Source: a virus
Taxonomy: Duplodnaviria; Caudoviricetes
Length of the DNA: 64,000 nucleotides
Virus record (IMG/VR): IMGVR_UViG_3300025387_000018
Span: 1,579 to 65,578 of that record
Strand: one strand, 5' to 3'
Shown here one piece after another: positions 45,446-54,922 of this stretch. Numbering within the stretch: position 1 is the first letter of the stretch; each line of letters starts with the position of its first letter. The position numbers and the translations under genes are program-made. The notes under the pieces were generated by a model that worked only from the letters and a program-made list of their open reading frames with translations, had not been told where the DNA came from and did not search any database.

Positions 45446-47548
45446 ATGGCCAATAATAAGATTCAAATCAAAAGATCGGTAGCCAATGGCGTTGTTACTG
45501 GTCTCTCAAACGGCGAACTAGCCTATACCCAAGCCAGTAACACACTTTGGATCGGTCTTCCAGACGGCACCGCAACTGCCGCAATTGGTGGAGCAAGATA
45601 TCCTGGTACTCTTACTGCTAACCAAGCTCTTGTCGCTAACGCTACTTCTGGTATCGATAGAATCATTGTTGCTAATGCCATAGTAACAACTCTTACTGCA
45701 AACGGTTCGGTTGGTACTAATGGTCAGGTTCTCGTCACTAACGGTACAGCTGTCTATTGGGGTACTGGTACTTCTGGTGCTAATACATACGTTCAGTTCA
45801 ACGACTCCGGTGTGGCCAACGGCGTTGCTGGCTTTACATTTACTAAGACTTCTAATACTCTTTATGTTGGTAATACTATTGCTGTTGGAACTACTACTGT
45901 TGTAAATACAACTTTAGTTTACGTAAGCGACATCTCTGGTAACACAACACAGAACGCTTCTTCATTCTTTGTGAGCGGAAATAATACTACTCTTCCAACC
46001 GCCACTATGAATGCATATGGCGTATTCGTTGGTAATGGATCTATCGTTGGACCACCTCAGGTTATTCTTGCCAATACAACTGGCAACACAGTAGTTAATA
46101 CTACTTCATTTACTATGAGCAACGCAACTTCGGTTGTGTATGTTTCAAATACTTCTGGCGTATTCTCCAACGGTGGAACTCAGTTCTACGTCGGTAATAA
46201 CCTATCAAACTCTTTTGTTAACTCAACTGCTTTAGTCGTAACTGGTAATTCTACGACTCTACCTACAGCCACTGTCAACACCAGCGGTCTTACAGTAGGT
46301 AACGGTTCAGTAACTGGCGCACCGACAATTACTATTGCCAACTCACTCGGTAATAGCTATCTAACTGTAACTTCTCACGTTATCAGCAACTCAACTGCCA
46401 ACGTAATAACCATCGGTCTTACTGGCATCACTGGTAACACCGGAACTTCGCTCGTTCTTGGTAACACAACTATTAATTCTGTTGCCAACTCTACTACTTT
46501 CCAGGTCGTAGGTAATACTTCTACTCAGGCGACTGCGACAGTCAACTCTGCCGGTATCACTCTCGGTAATACATCTATTACCAGTGCTCCAACAATTTAT
46601 ATTGCCAATTCTCAGGGCAACTCCACTATTACTGCAGTTGCTCACACTATTGGTGGTAACTCAACTACTCTTGGTGCAGTTTCTATCACTGGTAATGGTG
46701 CGATTTTTGGTAACGGAACAGTAACTGCCGCTCCACAACTTGCAGTATCTAACTCAACTGGCAATACAGTAATTAATACTACTTCATACTTAATGAGCAA
46801 TGCTTCTGGCACTGTTTATAGTATGAATACTACATCTATGACCTACAATGGTAATACATTCCTCAACGGAACTAATACTACCATTGCTTCAAACGTAACA
46901 GTAACTGGTGCATATATTAACGCATCGGCGACTGATCTTACTATCAGAAACGCTACAGTCGGTGGCAACCTAGTCGTCACTGGTACGGTGTTCTCAGTTA
47001 ATACGGTAACTCTCCAGGTCAACGACAACATCATCGAACTTGGTGATAATAATACCACCGGCGACGTGGTTGATACTGGTTGGTTCTCTCCTGCAGGTAA
47101 CGCTACTAGTATCTGGTATTCAGGTATGGTTCGCGTTGCTGCTAGATCTTCTAACAGCAATCCATACTTCTGGATGTTTGGTTCTAATACTAATCCAAAC
47201 ACCTCGATCACAATTGATACTTCTTCTAACTCATCTACCGCTACTCTACAGGCGTACCTAGTACCTTACGGCGTCGGTGGTGCGTTCGTCGCTAACTCTT
47301 CAAACGTTCAGATCACCGCTAACTCCACTCTTGGTGTTAATATTGTTGCTAATACATTAACACTATCTGCTCCACTTGTTGGAACTTCTGGTGGTACTGG
47401 TAAGGCAACGGTCGCTAATAACTCACTGCTTATCGGTAATACGACAAACGGCTTTAACGAAGTAACATTCAACTCGACAGGCGGCCTGGTTCTTCAATCA
47501 AACGGCACGACTGTCGTCTATGATATTCTCGATGGAGGCAGCTTCTAA
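45446..47548 (+). CDS. tail fibre protein, Asn/Ser/Thr-rich, ends LDGGSF
   Basis: IQIKRS...L..GELAY N-terminus; V.DN.I.LG. Confidence 0.8.
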   Translation: MANNKIQIKRSVANGVVTGLSNGELAYTQASNTLWIGLPDGTATAAIGGARYPGTLTANQALVANATSGIDRIIVANAIVTTLTANGSVGTNGQVLVTNGTAVYWGTGTSGANTYVQFNDSGVANGVAGFTFTKTSNTLYVGNTIAVGTTTVVNTTLVYVSDISGNTTQNASSFFVSGNNTTLPTATMNAYGVFVGNGSIVGPPQVILANTTGNTVVNTTSFTMSNATSVVYVSNTSGVFSNGGTQFYVGNNLSNSFVNSTALVVTGNSTTLPTATVNTSGLTVGNGSVTGAPTITIANSLGNSYLTVTSHVISNSTANVITIGLTGITGNTGTSLVLGNTTINSVANSTTFQVVGNTSTQATATVNSAGITLGNTSITSAPTIYIANSQGNSTITAVAHTIGGNSTTLGAVSITGNGAIFGNGTVTAAPQLAVSNSTGNTVINTTSYLMSNASGTVYSMNTTSMTYNGNTFLNGTNTTIASNVTVTGAYINASATDLTIRNATVGGNLVVTGTVFSVNTVTLQVNDNIIELGDNNTTGDVVDTGWFSPAGNATSIWYSGMVRVAARSSNSNPYFWMFGSNTNPNTSITIDTSSNSSTATLQAYLVPYGVGGAFVANSSNVQITANSTLGVNIVANTLTLSAPLVGTSGGTGKATVANNSLLIGNTTNGFNEVTFNSTGGLVLQSNGTTVVYDILDGGSF

Positions 47549-47566
47549 TCTTAAGGATGATATATT

Positions 47567-48079
47567 ATGGAAAGTGAACAGGCGGAAAATATAGCAGTAG
47601 CTTACGTTCAAAGACAAGAACAGCTCTTTATTGAACAGATCAGAAAGACTATTCAGCTCGAAGTAAGCTACGCTAATCTACAAAATCAATACCAAGAACT
47701 ATTTAAGAATAATGAAAATAATATGAAGATGGTCAACCAGCTTTCTGATTCTCTGAAGGCCGTGACCGTTGAGAGAAACGAATTAAAAAATTCTGATAAA
47801 CAGCTCAGGGATAGGATCGATGAGATCACTAAACTGAATGAGAAAAGAGTAGATGAAGTAAGAAAAGAATGTGACGATAGAGTGAAAGAAGTTGAAAAGC
47901 GTGGTGGAAGTCATTTAAAAGAATACACCGATCAGATTGGTATACTAAATAATAAAATATCAGAGCTAAAAACGTCTAATGAAACTCTTAAGAAAGAATT
48001 TGATTCGTTAAATAACGAGTATCAGAGACAAAAGAAAGAATTACAAGATACGTTTAATGAACTGAAGAATAAGAAATAA
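47567..48079 (+). CDS. long coiled-coil protein
   Basis: heptad-rich E/K/L composition, no TM segment. Confidence 0.75.
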   Translation: MESEQAENIAVAYVQRQEQLFIEQIRKTIQLEVSYANLQNQYQELFKNNENNMKMVNQLSDSLKAVTVERNELKNSDKQLRDRIDEITKLNEKRVDEVRKECDDRVKEVEKRGGSHLKEYTDQIGILNNKISELKTSNETLKKEFDSLNNEYQRQKKELQDTFNELKNKK

Positions 48080-48111
48080 CGCTCGGTATATACTGAGTTT
48101 GGGAGTGCCAT

Positions 48112-50757
48112 ATGGCTGGAAATACAGTATTTCAATTAAGACGTTCTAGCGTCGCAGGTAAAGTACCAACAACGAGCACGCTCAACATAGGTGAGCTTGC
48201 GTTAAATCTAACTGATCAAAAATTATACTCTACTGATGGTACTCTAGTATTCGAGACAGGCGCTAATCTATTTTCTCTATCTGTAAATTCAGCTATTACT
48301 ATTGGCAACTCAGTATCTAATGCCACTGTAAACTCCACGATATATACAGGAAAAGCCAACAACGCTGCTTATCTCAACGGCGTTCCTGCCTCTGCATACG
48401 TAAATACTTCTGGTAACTTCACACTCAGCGGCGTAATCACACACACAGCAAACGTATATGTTAACGGCGCTATAATCGCTAACGGTGGCGTTGGAACTTC
48501 CGGACAGGTACTAACATCGTCTGCCGGTGGTAACGTATACTGGTCCACTGTCTCTAGTGGCGGTGGTGGATTCACCAACGGACAGTCTATCTCCGTAAAT
48601 AACTTTGTCGTGACCGGCAACGTAACAGCTGCAGGCAGCAACGGTACTTCTGGTCAGGTTCTAACGAGCACAGGAACTGGAGTATATTGGGCGACTCCAT
48701 CTGGTGGATCTGGAACTGGCATCGCGGTAACTCGTCAGCAGTATACCGGTGATGGTTCAACTACGGTGTTCACCGTAACTGGTGGCTATACCCCTAATCA
48801 AATTTCAGTATTCCTAAACGGTTCTATGTTGAGAAATGGAACCGAAGTAACAGTAACTAATGGCAGCACGTTTACTCTCGCGTCCGCTCCTCCTGTAGGC
48901 GCTCTGATAGACGTCGTCGGTGAAGCGGCATACTTTGCCAACGGTATCAGTACAACTACTTCTCAACAGTTTACAGCGAATGGTACTGCAAACAGCTTCA
49001 CCATCTCAGGTGGATACGTTCCAAATAGTATTCAAGTATATCTCAACGGCGTTAAGCAGATACCTGGAACTGACGTAGTTATTTCTTCAGGAAACACTGT
49101 AAACTTTATAGTAACGCCTTCAAACAACTATATCGTTGACGTATTTGGTTTCCAGTCGACCGTACTACAGACCTCAACCGTCAGACAGTTCGCAACTGGT
49201 AATGGTACTGCAAACAGTTTCACTATCTCAGGTGGATATCTTCCTAACCAGCTAGATGTTTATATGAATGGTGTAAAACTACTTCCATCTGTCGCAAATG
49301 TCACAACTGGTGTCAGTGTTTCGTTTACAACTCCACCACCAAATGGCGCAGAGTTACAGTTCACTGGTTTAGTTCCAATCAATTATACCTCTATAAACAC
49401 ATCTGCTTCTTACGTCTGGTCAAACACTCAGACGTTCGCAAATCTTTATATGGTATCAACAGCTGGTATTAATGCTAACGGATCATATGGTAGTAATGGT
49501 CAGATTCTGACTTCAAATGGTACATCAGTCTACTGGAGCAGTCTAGCGACTAAGATTGATCAGGTATTTACTGGAACTGGTGCTTGTACTACATTTACTG
49601 TCACTGGTGGTTATGTGCCTAATCAGCTAGATGTATATCTTACTGGCGTTAAACAGATACCAGGAACTGATGTTACTATATCTTCAGGAAGTAATATTGT
49701 ATTTCCTATAGCTCCTGCTGCTGGCGAAACGATTGAAGTTGTTGGTTACACTCCTGCAAGCTATTCATACGCTAATACGTCTGCACAATATTCTTGGTCT
49801 AATACACAGACATTCTCTAATCTAGTATTTACTTCTTCTGCTGGTATTTCTGCAAATGGTTCTTATGGAAGTAATGGACAAGTATTAGCGTCTAATGGAA
49901 CATCGGTGTACTGGTCAAACATATATTCAACAAGATATTCATTCGTAGGAGATGGTACAACTTCAACATTTAGTATTCCTGGTGGTTATATTGCTGGACA
50001 GCTAGATGTATACCTCAACGGCGTCAAACTCCATACTGCAGATGTTGATGTTAGTTCTGGTTCAAACATAGTGTTCGTGGTGCCACCTATAAACGGTGCA
50101 AAAATTGATATTGTTGGTTTTACACAGGCAGCACTTAGTTCAGTTGCTCTCGCTTCTTCATATCAATACAACTTCTCAAATACGATCACGTTCAGCAACA
50201 CGGTAACACACACCGCTGCTATATTAGCCAACACTGTCAACGCTACTTCTTATACTATTGGAACGGCGTTTACTGCTAACTCCACGATAACTAACACTGC
50301 GTCACTAGTAGTTTCTACTAACACCGCCACTATCGGTACAGGAACATACTTCGTTTCTAATGGTAACGTTGGTATTGGTAACAATGCTCCTGCTCATAAA
50401 CTAAGCGTTTATTCTGGATCAACAGCAGCAACAACGTATAATAATGCAAGTATTACTGGTGGTTCGACCTGCAACATGCAAGGTCAGTCTACAAGCGTAT
50501 CTACTAGTGCGACTGTGATTCTAAATTCAGGCCAGTACGCTTCATTCTGTCTCGTTTATGGATCAGATGGAACAAATAGATTCATGGACGTTGTTCTTTT
50601 TGGTCTTGGTACAGGAACAGTAAACGTAATAAGTTCGCTTGCAGTTGCTGGTACTCCTGCTTCTAGAACTTATAGCCAGTCATCTAGCACGTATAGACTT
50701 GCAATGGGATCAGGAACATATACGGTTCAAGTAACAGCATTCACGATGAATGGATAA
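48112..50757 (+). CDS. tail fibre with five tandem F.x.GGY.P.Q.DVYLNGVK modules
   Basis: FQLRRSSV.G..P....L..GELALN..D..LY N-terminus; GQVLTS.G..VYW repeats. Confidence 0.85.
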   Translation: MAGNTVFQLRRSSVAGKVPTTSTLNIGELALNLTDQKLYSTDGTLVFETGANLFSLSVNSAITIGNSVSNATVNSTIYTGKANNAAYLNGVPASAYVNTSGNFTLSGVITHTANVYVNGAIIANGGVGTSGQVLTSSAGGNVYWSTVSSGGGGFTNGQSISVNNFVVTGNVTAAGSNGTSGQVLTSTGTGVYWATPSGGSGTGIAVTRQQYTGDGSTTVFTVTGGYTPNQISVFLNGSMLRNGTEVTVTNGSTFTLASAPPVGALIDVVGEAAYFANGISTTTSQQFTANGTANSFTISGGYVPNSIQVYLNGVKQIPGTDVVISSGNTVNFIVTPSNNYIVDVFGFQSTVLQTSTVRQFATGNGTANSFTISGGYLPNQLDVYMNGVKLLPSVANVTTGVSVSFTTPPPNGAELQFTGLVPINYTSINTSASYVWSNTQTFANLYMVSTAGINANGSYGSNGQILTSNGTSVYWSSLATKIDQVFTGTGACTTFTVTGGYVPNQLDVYLTGVKQIPGTDVTISSGSNIVFPIAPAAGETIEVVGYTPASYSYANTSAQYSWSNTQTFSNLVFTSSAGISANGSYGSNGQVLASNGTSVYWSNIYSTRYSFVGDGTTSTFSIPGGYIAGQLDVYLNGVKLHTADVDVSSGSNIVFVVPPINGAKIDIVGFTQAALSSVALASSYQYNFSNTITFSNTVTHTAAILANTVNATSYTIGTAFTANSTITNTASLVVSTNTATIGTGTYFVSNGNVGIGNNAPAHKLSVYSGSTAATTYNNASITGGSTCNMQGQSTSVSTSATVILNSGQYASFCLVYGSDGTNRFMDVVLFGLGTGTVNVISSLAVAGTPASRTYSQSSSTYRLAMGSGTYTVQVTAFTMNG

Positions 50758-50779
50758 TAAATAGTTAAAAAGGTAAACA

Positions 50780-52294
50780 ATGACACAGAATAGTCAACTA
50801 GGAACTCTTGCTCAGTTTGTGACGGCGAACGCTTCTGCGAACACGATCCAGTTTGCTAGCGCTCTCGTCGTTGGTAACTCTTCTGTCAACGCCACAATCA
50901 ACGCTACTTCTGTATCAATCAATTCAACTGCTACCAACACGTTCACCATTGGTACTTCTGCTTATTTTGTGTCTAATGGTAATGTGGGAATTGGAACTTC
51001 TTCTCCAACTGCAGCACTCCATGTAAATTCAAATATTGCTGGTGGTCCTGTATTAATTAGTGGTAATGAATTTGCTGGAATTAATTTATATACTCCAACT
51101 TATGCAGCAAATGGCGCATATTTTGGGTTTGATGGTGCTGGTGGTTTAGCTATCAATAATAGAGAAAATAAAGCAATTACAATTTCCAGCAACAGCGTTC
51201 AAAGAATGGCAATTTCTTCTGCTGGTGATGTTAATATTGGTGGTGCTGCTGCTACTCCTGCTGGCGGTCTTCGTTATTTAGATCTATATAACACAGAAAC
51301 CACAAACGTTAATTCTGGCACTATTATGCGTATTATCACAGCTAACTCTACAGGTGGAGCCGCTGTTACTGTTGATTTAGTAAAATATAGATATGGCGCT
51401 TTTAATATAAACAATAATGATGCTAATGGCACGATAAATTTTGGTACTACTGGTACTAATCGTATGACTATTGCTGCTAATGGTAATATTGGTATTGGAA
51501 CCAACGCACCAACAATGTTATTACAATGTGGAATAGGAACTGCGGCTACTACCAATTATGCATGGTTTACAGGTAATGTTGGTACTGGAACTGCACCAGC
51601 TGGTACATTTGGATTGATGATTGGTAGTAACTATTCTGGTGGATTCTCAGAAACAAATCTTATCTGGGGTCAAGGCATATCCAGTTCTCAATTTTTTGCA
51701 ATAGGTAAAACTACTGGATCTGCATATACTGAACAAATGAGAATTACTCCTGCTGGTGCTGTTTATATAGGAAGAACGACGTCTCTAGGTGGAACTAATG
51801 TTAAATTTGTTGTTGAACAATCAGCCGCTGATTGGGCAATGTTTATTAAAAATGCTGGAAACAATTCAGGCCTTGGTATAACAAATGGTTCTGGAACAGG
51901 TAGTTATACAGCAATTAATTTCTATAATAATGGCGAAACATTTTCTTCTTGTGGTAGTATATCAGTAAGTGGAACTACTACTACATATGCAACTTCATCA
52001 GATTATAGATTAAAGAAAGATACTTTACCAATACAAAATGCAATGTCAAAAATAATGAAAATAAATCCAGTTACATTTAAGTGGGTATCTGATGATACTG
52101 ATGGAATTGGTTTTATTGCTCATGAGTTACAAGCAATTGCTCCAGAATGTGTTGTTGGAGAAAAAGATGATATTGATAAAAAGGGTAAACCAAAATATCA
52201 AAGCGTTGATGCGTCTAAATTGGTTGCTACACTAACAGCAGCACTACAAGAATTAAAAAGAGAATTTGATGAATATAAAGCATCTCATCCATAA
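50780..52294 (+). CDS. tail fibre with C-terminal intramolecular chaperone (Peptidase_S74)
   Basis: GNVGIGT repeats; SSDYRLKK..., PV.F.W, GFIA.EL. Confidence 0.88.
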   Translation: MTQNSQLGTLAQFVTANASANTIQFASALVVGNSSVNATINATSVSINSTATNTFTIGTSAYFVSNGNVGIGTSSPTAALHVNSNIAGGPVLISGNEFAGINLYTPTYAANGAYFGFDGAGGLAINNRENKAITISSNSVQRMAISSAGDVNIGGAAATPAGGLRYLDLYNTETTNVNSGTIMRIITANSTGGAAVTVDLVKYRYGAFNINNNDANGTINFGTTGTNRMTIAANGNIGIGTNAPTMLLQCGIGTAATTNYAWFTGNVGTGTAPAGTFGLMIGSNYSGGFSETNLIWGQGISSSQFFAIGKTTGSAYTEQMRITPAGAVYIGRTTSLGGTNVKFVVEQSAADWAMFIKNAGNNSGLGITNGSGTGSYTAINFYNNGETFSSCGSISVSGTTTTYATSSDYRLKKDTLPIQNAMSKIMKINPVTFKWVSDDTDGIGFIAHELQAIAPECVVGEKDDIDKKGKPKYQSVDASKLVATLTAALQELKREFDEYKASHP

Positions 52295-52303
52295 AGGTAA
52301 CTA

Positions 52304-54406
52304 ATGTCACAGAACCAACAACTAAGTCTATTTGGTCAGGAAGTATCGGTAAACACCGCCGCTAATACTATCACGTTTCCTGCTGCTTTGGTGATTGGTA
52401 ATTCATCAGTGAACACTGTCATTGGTGCTAGTTCGATATCTGTAAACTCAACAGCTACTAACACGTTCACCATTGGTACTTCTGCTTATTTTGTGTCTAA
52501 TGGTTATGTTGGGATTGGTACAACTTCACCTACTAGTCAATTACAAGTTTTATCTAATATAACCACATCTAGTATAGTATCGCAGGTTAATACTAATGCT
52601 GGTAACGTAGCAAGATTACAATTAATCTCACCTAATAGTGCTTTTGGTCTTTTTGTTCCTGATAATGCTAATTATCTTTCTTTTTATGACTACGGTGTTC
52701 CTTCAGAGCGTATGCGTATTGACTCTAATGGTAATATTGGAATTGGTGTCGGAACGCCTTTAGGTCAAATTCATATTAATGCAACAACCAGTTTTGGACA
52801 AAGAGTTTTAAATATGAGTCCATATGGAACAGGAGGCGGCGGTGCTTCTTTGATTCTTATGGGTAATAGTGATTCTGCTGGTAATACTGGACCAACTTTT
52901 ATACAATCGGCAAATAGAAATTTATTATTTGGTGTTGGTACTAGTTTTACTACTGGTGGTAGTGGTGTAGGTCCTGGAGGAACATTAACCGAATATGTGC
53001 GCATCGATTCTTCTGGTAATTTAGGCATTGCTACTAGTGGTCCAAGTTTTAAATTAGATGTTACTGGAACTGGTAGAGCAACTTCTGATTTTAGAGCACC
53101 AATTTTCTACGACACAGATAATACTGCTTATTATGTTGATCCAAATGGTACTACAAATTTGTTGAATCTTTATATTAACAGTGGATTATATCTAACTAAT
53201 GGCCAGATATACAACAACACTAAATTAAATTGGTACTCAGTAGATGGTACTTCCACTTCTGGTCAGAATAGAATATCAACGGCAATTTATAGAACAGGCC
53301 AGTGTCTATATCCAGATATAAACTTCTTTTCTGGAAACAATTCAATAAACGTATATGATAATAATGGATCAGGTCAGACAACAATAACTAGAATTTCAGC
53401 ACCATCTGGAACACCATCTAATAGTGGTTATGTGTTACAGGTACAACATACTGGTTCTGGTCAAACACCTGGATATGGCGGTTTCTTTTTTGCTGCTTCA
53501 ACCAGAGCAAATGCAACTATTACATGTGTTTTTAAAGCAAAATTACCTTCTGGTTATACTTTAAATTTTGCTTCTAATCCTACAGGAACAGGAGGTAATG
53601 GTTATTGGGCAACAGATAATGTTGGAACTGGTAAGTGGGAAGATTATGTGTATGTTGTTCGTTGCGGTGATTCTGGAACATTCTCTTCAACACATTTCTA
53701 TTATATATCAGGCAGTCCTACACCAACATCAGGTTCTCCGCTTACTTGGTATATTTCTTCTGCGACAGTCTATGATCATGATAATTCTCCAAAAATTCAA
53801 TCACCAACACAAACCATATATACATCTGGTTCAGGTACATATACTGTTCCCACAGGTGTTAAATGGTTGAGAGTTAGAATGGTTGGAGGTGGCGGAGGTG
53901 GCGCAGGAGGAGGAACAACAAATCCTGCAGGAGGTACCGGAGGTGCTACTACATTTGGCGGTTCAACTGCTTCAGGTGGATCGGGTGGAGGTGCTAATGG
54001 TGGTGCTGGTGGAGGTGCAACATTAGGATCTGGATTTAGTGGTGGTGGATTCAATGGTAGCGGTGGTGGAGCAGCAGCAGGAAGTAACTACTCAAATGGT
54101 GGTAATGGTGGAAGTTCTGCCTTTGGTGGTGGTGCTATAGGCGTTCAATATAATAATGCTGGTGGTGCTGGCCAAACAAATACAGGCGGTGGCGGTGGTG
54201 GTGGTGCGGGTACAACAAATCTTGTAACTGGTGGTGGAGGAGGTGGATCAGGAGGATTCATTGATGCTATAATTGCTTCTCCAAGTGCTACTTATTCATA
54301 TTCAGTAGGTGGAGGTGGTACAGCTGGTTCTGCTGGTACCAATGGTTATGCTGGTGGTGCGGGCGGTTCAGGTATCATCTTCATCGAAGAACATTACAAC
54401 TATTAA
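52304..54406 (+). CDS. tail fibre with carbohydrate-binding-like and C-terminal glycine-rich domains
   Basis: G.VGIGT repeats; SGSGTYTVP.GV.WLRV.MVGGGG...GGAGGSG.I.IEE. Confidence 0.8.
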   Translation: MSQNQQLSLFGQEVSVNTAANTITFPAALVIGNSSVNTVIGASSISVNSTATNTFTIGTSAYFVSNGYVGIGTTSPTSQLQVLSNITTSSIVSQVNTNAGNVARLQLISPNSAFGLFVPDNANYLSFYDYGVPSERMRIDSNGNIGIGVGTPLGQIHINATTSFGQRVLNMSPYGTGGGGASLILMGNSDSAGNTGPTFIQSANRNLLFGVGTSFTTGGSGVGPGGTLTEYVRIDSSGNLGIATSGPSFKLDVTGTGRATSDFRAPIFYDTDNTAYYVDPNGTTNLLNLYINSGLYLTNGQIYNNTKLNWYSVDGTSTSGQNRISTAIYRTGQCLYPDINFFSGNNSINVYDNNGSGQTTITRISAPSGTPSNSGYVLQVQHTGSGQTPGYGGFFFAASTRANATITCVFKAKLPSGYTLNFASNPTGTGGNGYWATDNVGTGKWEDYVYVVRCGDSGTFSSTHFYYISGSPTPTSGSPLTWYISSATVYDHDNSPKIQSPTQTIYTSGSGTYTVPTGVKWLRVRMVGGGGGGAGGGTTNPAGGTGGATTFGGSTASGGSGGGANGGAGGGATLGSGFSGGGFNGSGGGAAAGSNYSNGGNGGSSAFGGGAIGVQYNNAGGAGQTNTGGGGGGGAGTTNLVTGGGGGGSGGFIDAIIASPSATYSYSVGGGGTAGSAGTNGYAGGAGGSGIIFIEEHYNY

Positions 54407-54426
54407 ATACACTAACAGGGTAACAA

Positions 54427-54909
54427 ATGGCAATAGACTTCCAACTAGCAGAATTTGGCGCTTACTTAACAGTAAATACGGCATCAAACACCGTATACGC
54501 TAACGCTTTCTTTACTGCCAATTCTTATGGTTATGCAAATGGTGAGGGTGTTGGCACCACATACATACTTGATGATCTATCATACTATTTTGACGGAGTG
54601 ACTACTAATTCTTTCACACTAACGGTCAACAGCGCTCCAGTAACACCCACAAATCCAAATATGATAAATATAGTCATTGGTGGGATTCCATTAACTCCTG
54701 CCAGTTACGTATATGATTTTCATAATCTATCAGAAATTTCGACGTTTAAATCTGGGTTTACACTAAGCGGTTCTACCATCACTTTTGCCACAGCACCGAC
54801 AAGAGGCATGAGTTTTTATGGAACATACAGGACCAGCCAAGATTTAGCACCAAGTTTTTCATACAAGCAGACACCGTTTTCTGCCCTAAATATAATGTTC
54901 GGACCATAG
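54427..54909 (+). CDS. fibre-associated structural protein
   Basis: LDD.S..FDG.T..FTL...TITF..AP. Confidence 0.7.
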   Translation: MAIDFQLAEFGAYLTVNTASNTVYANAFFTANSYGYANGEGVGTTYILDDLSYYFDGVTTNSFTLTVNSAPVTPTNPNMINIVIGGIPLTPASYVYDFHNLSEISTFKSGFTLSGSTITFATAPTRGMSFYGTYRTSQDLAPSFSYKQTPFSALNIMFGP

Positions 54910-54922
54910 AGGAAATTTAACA

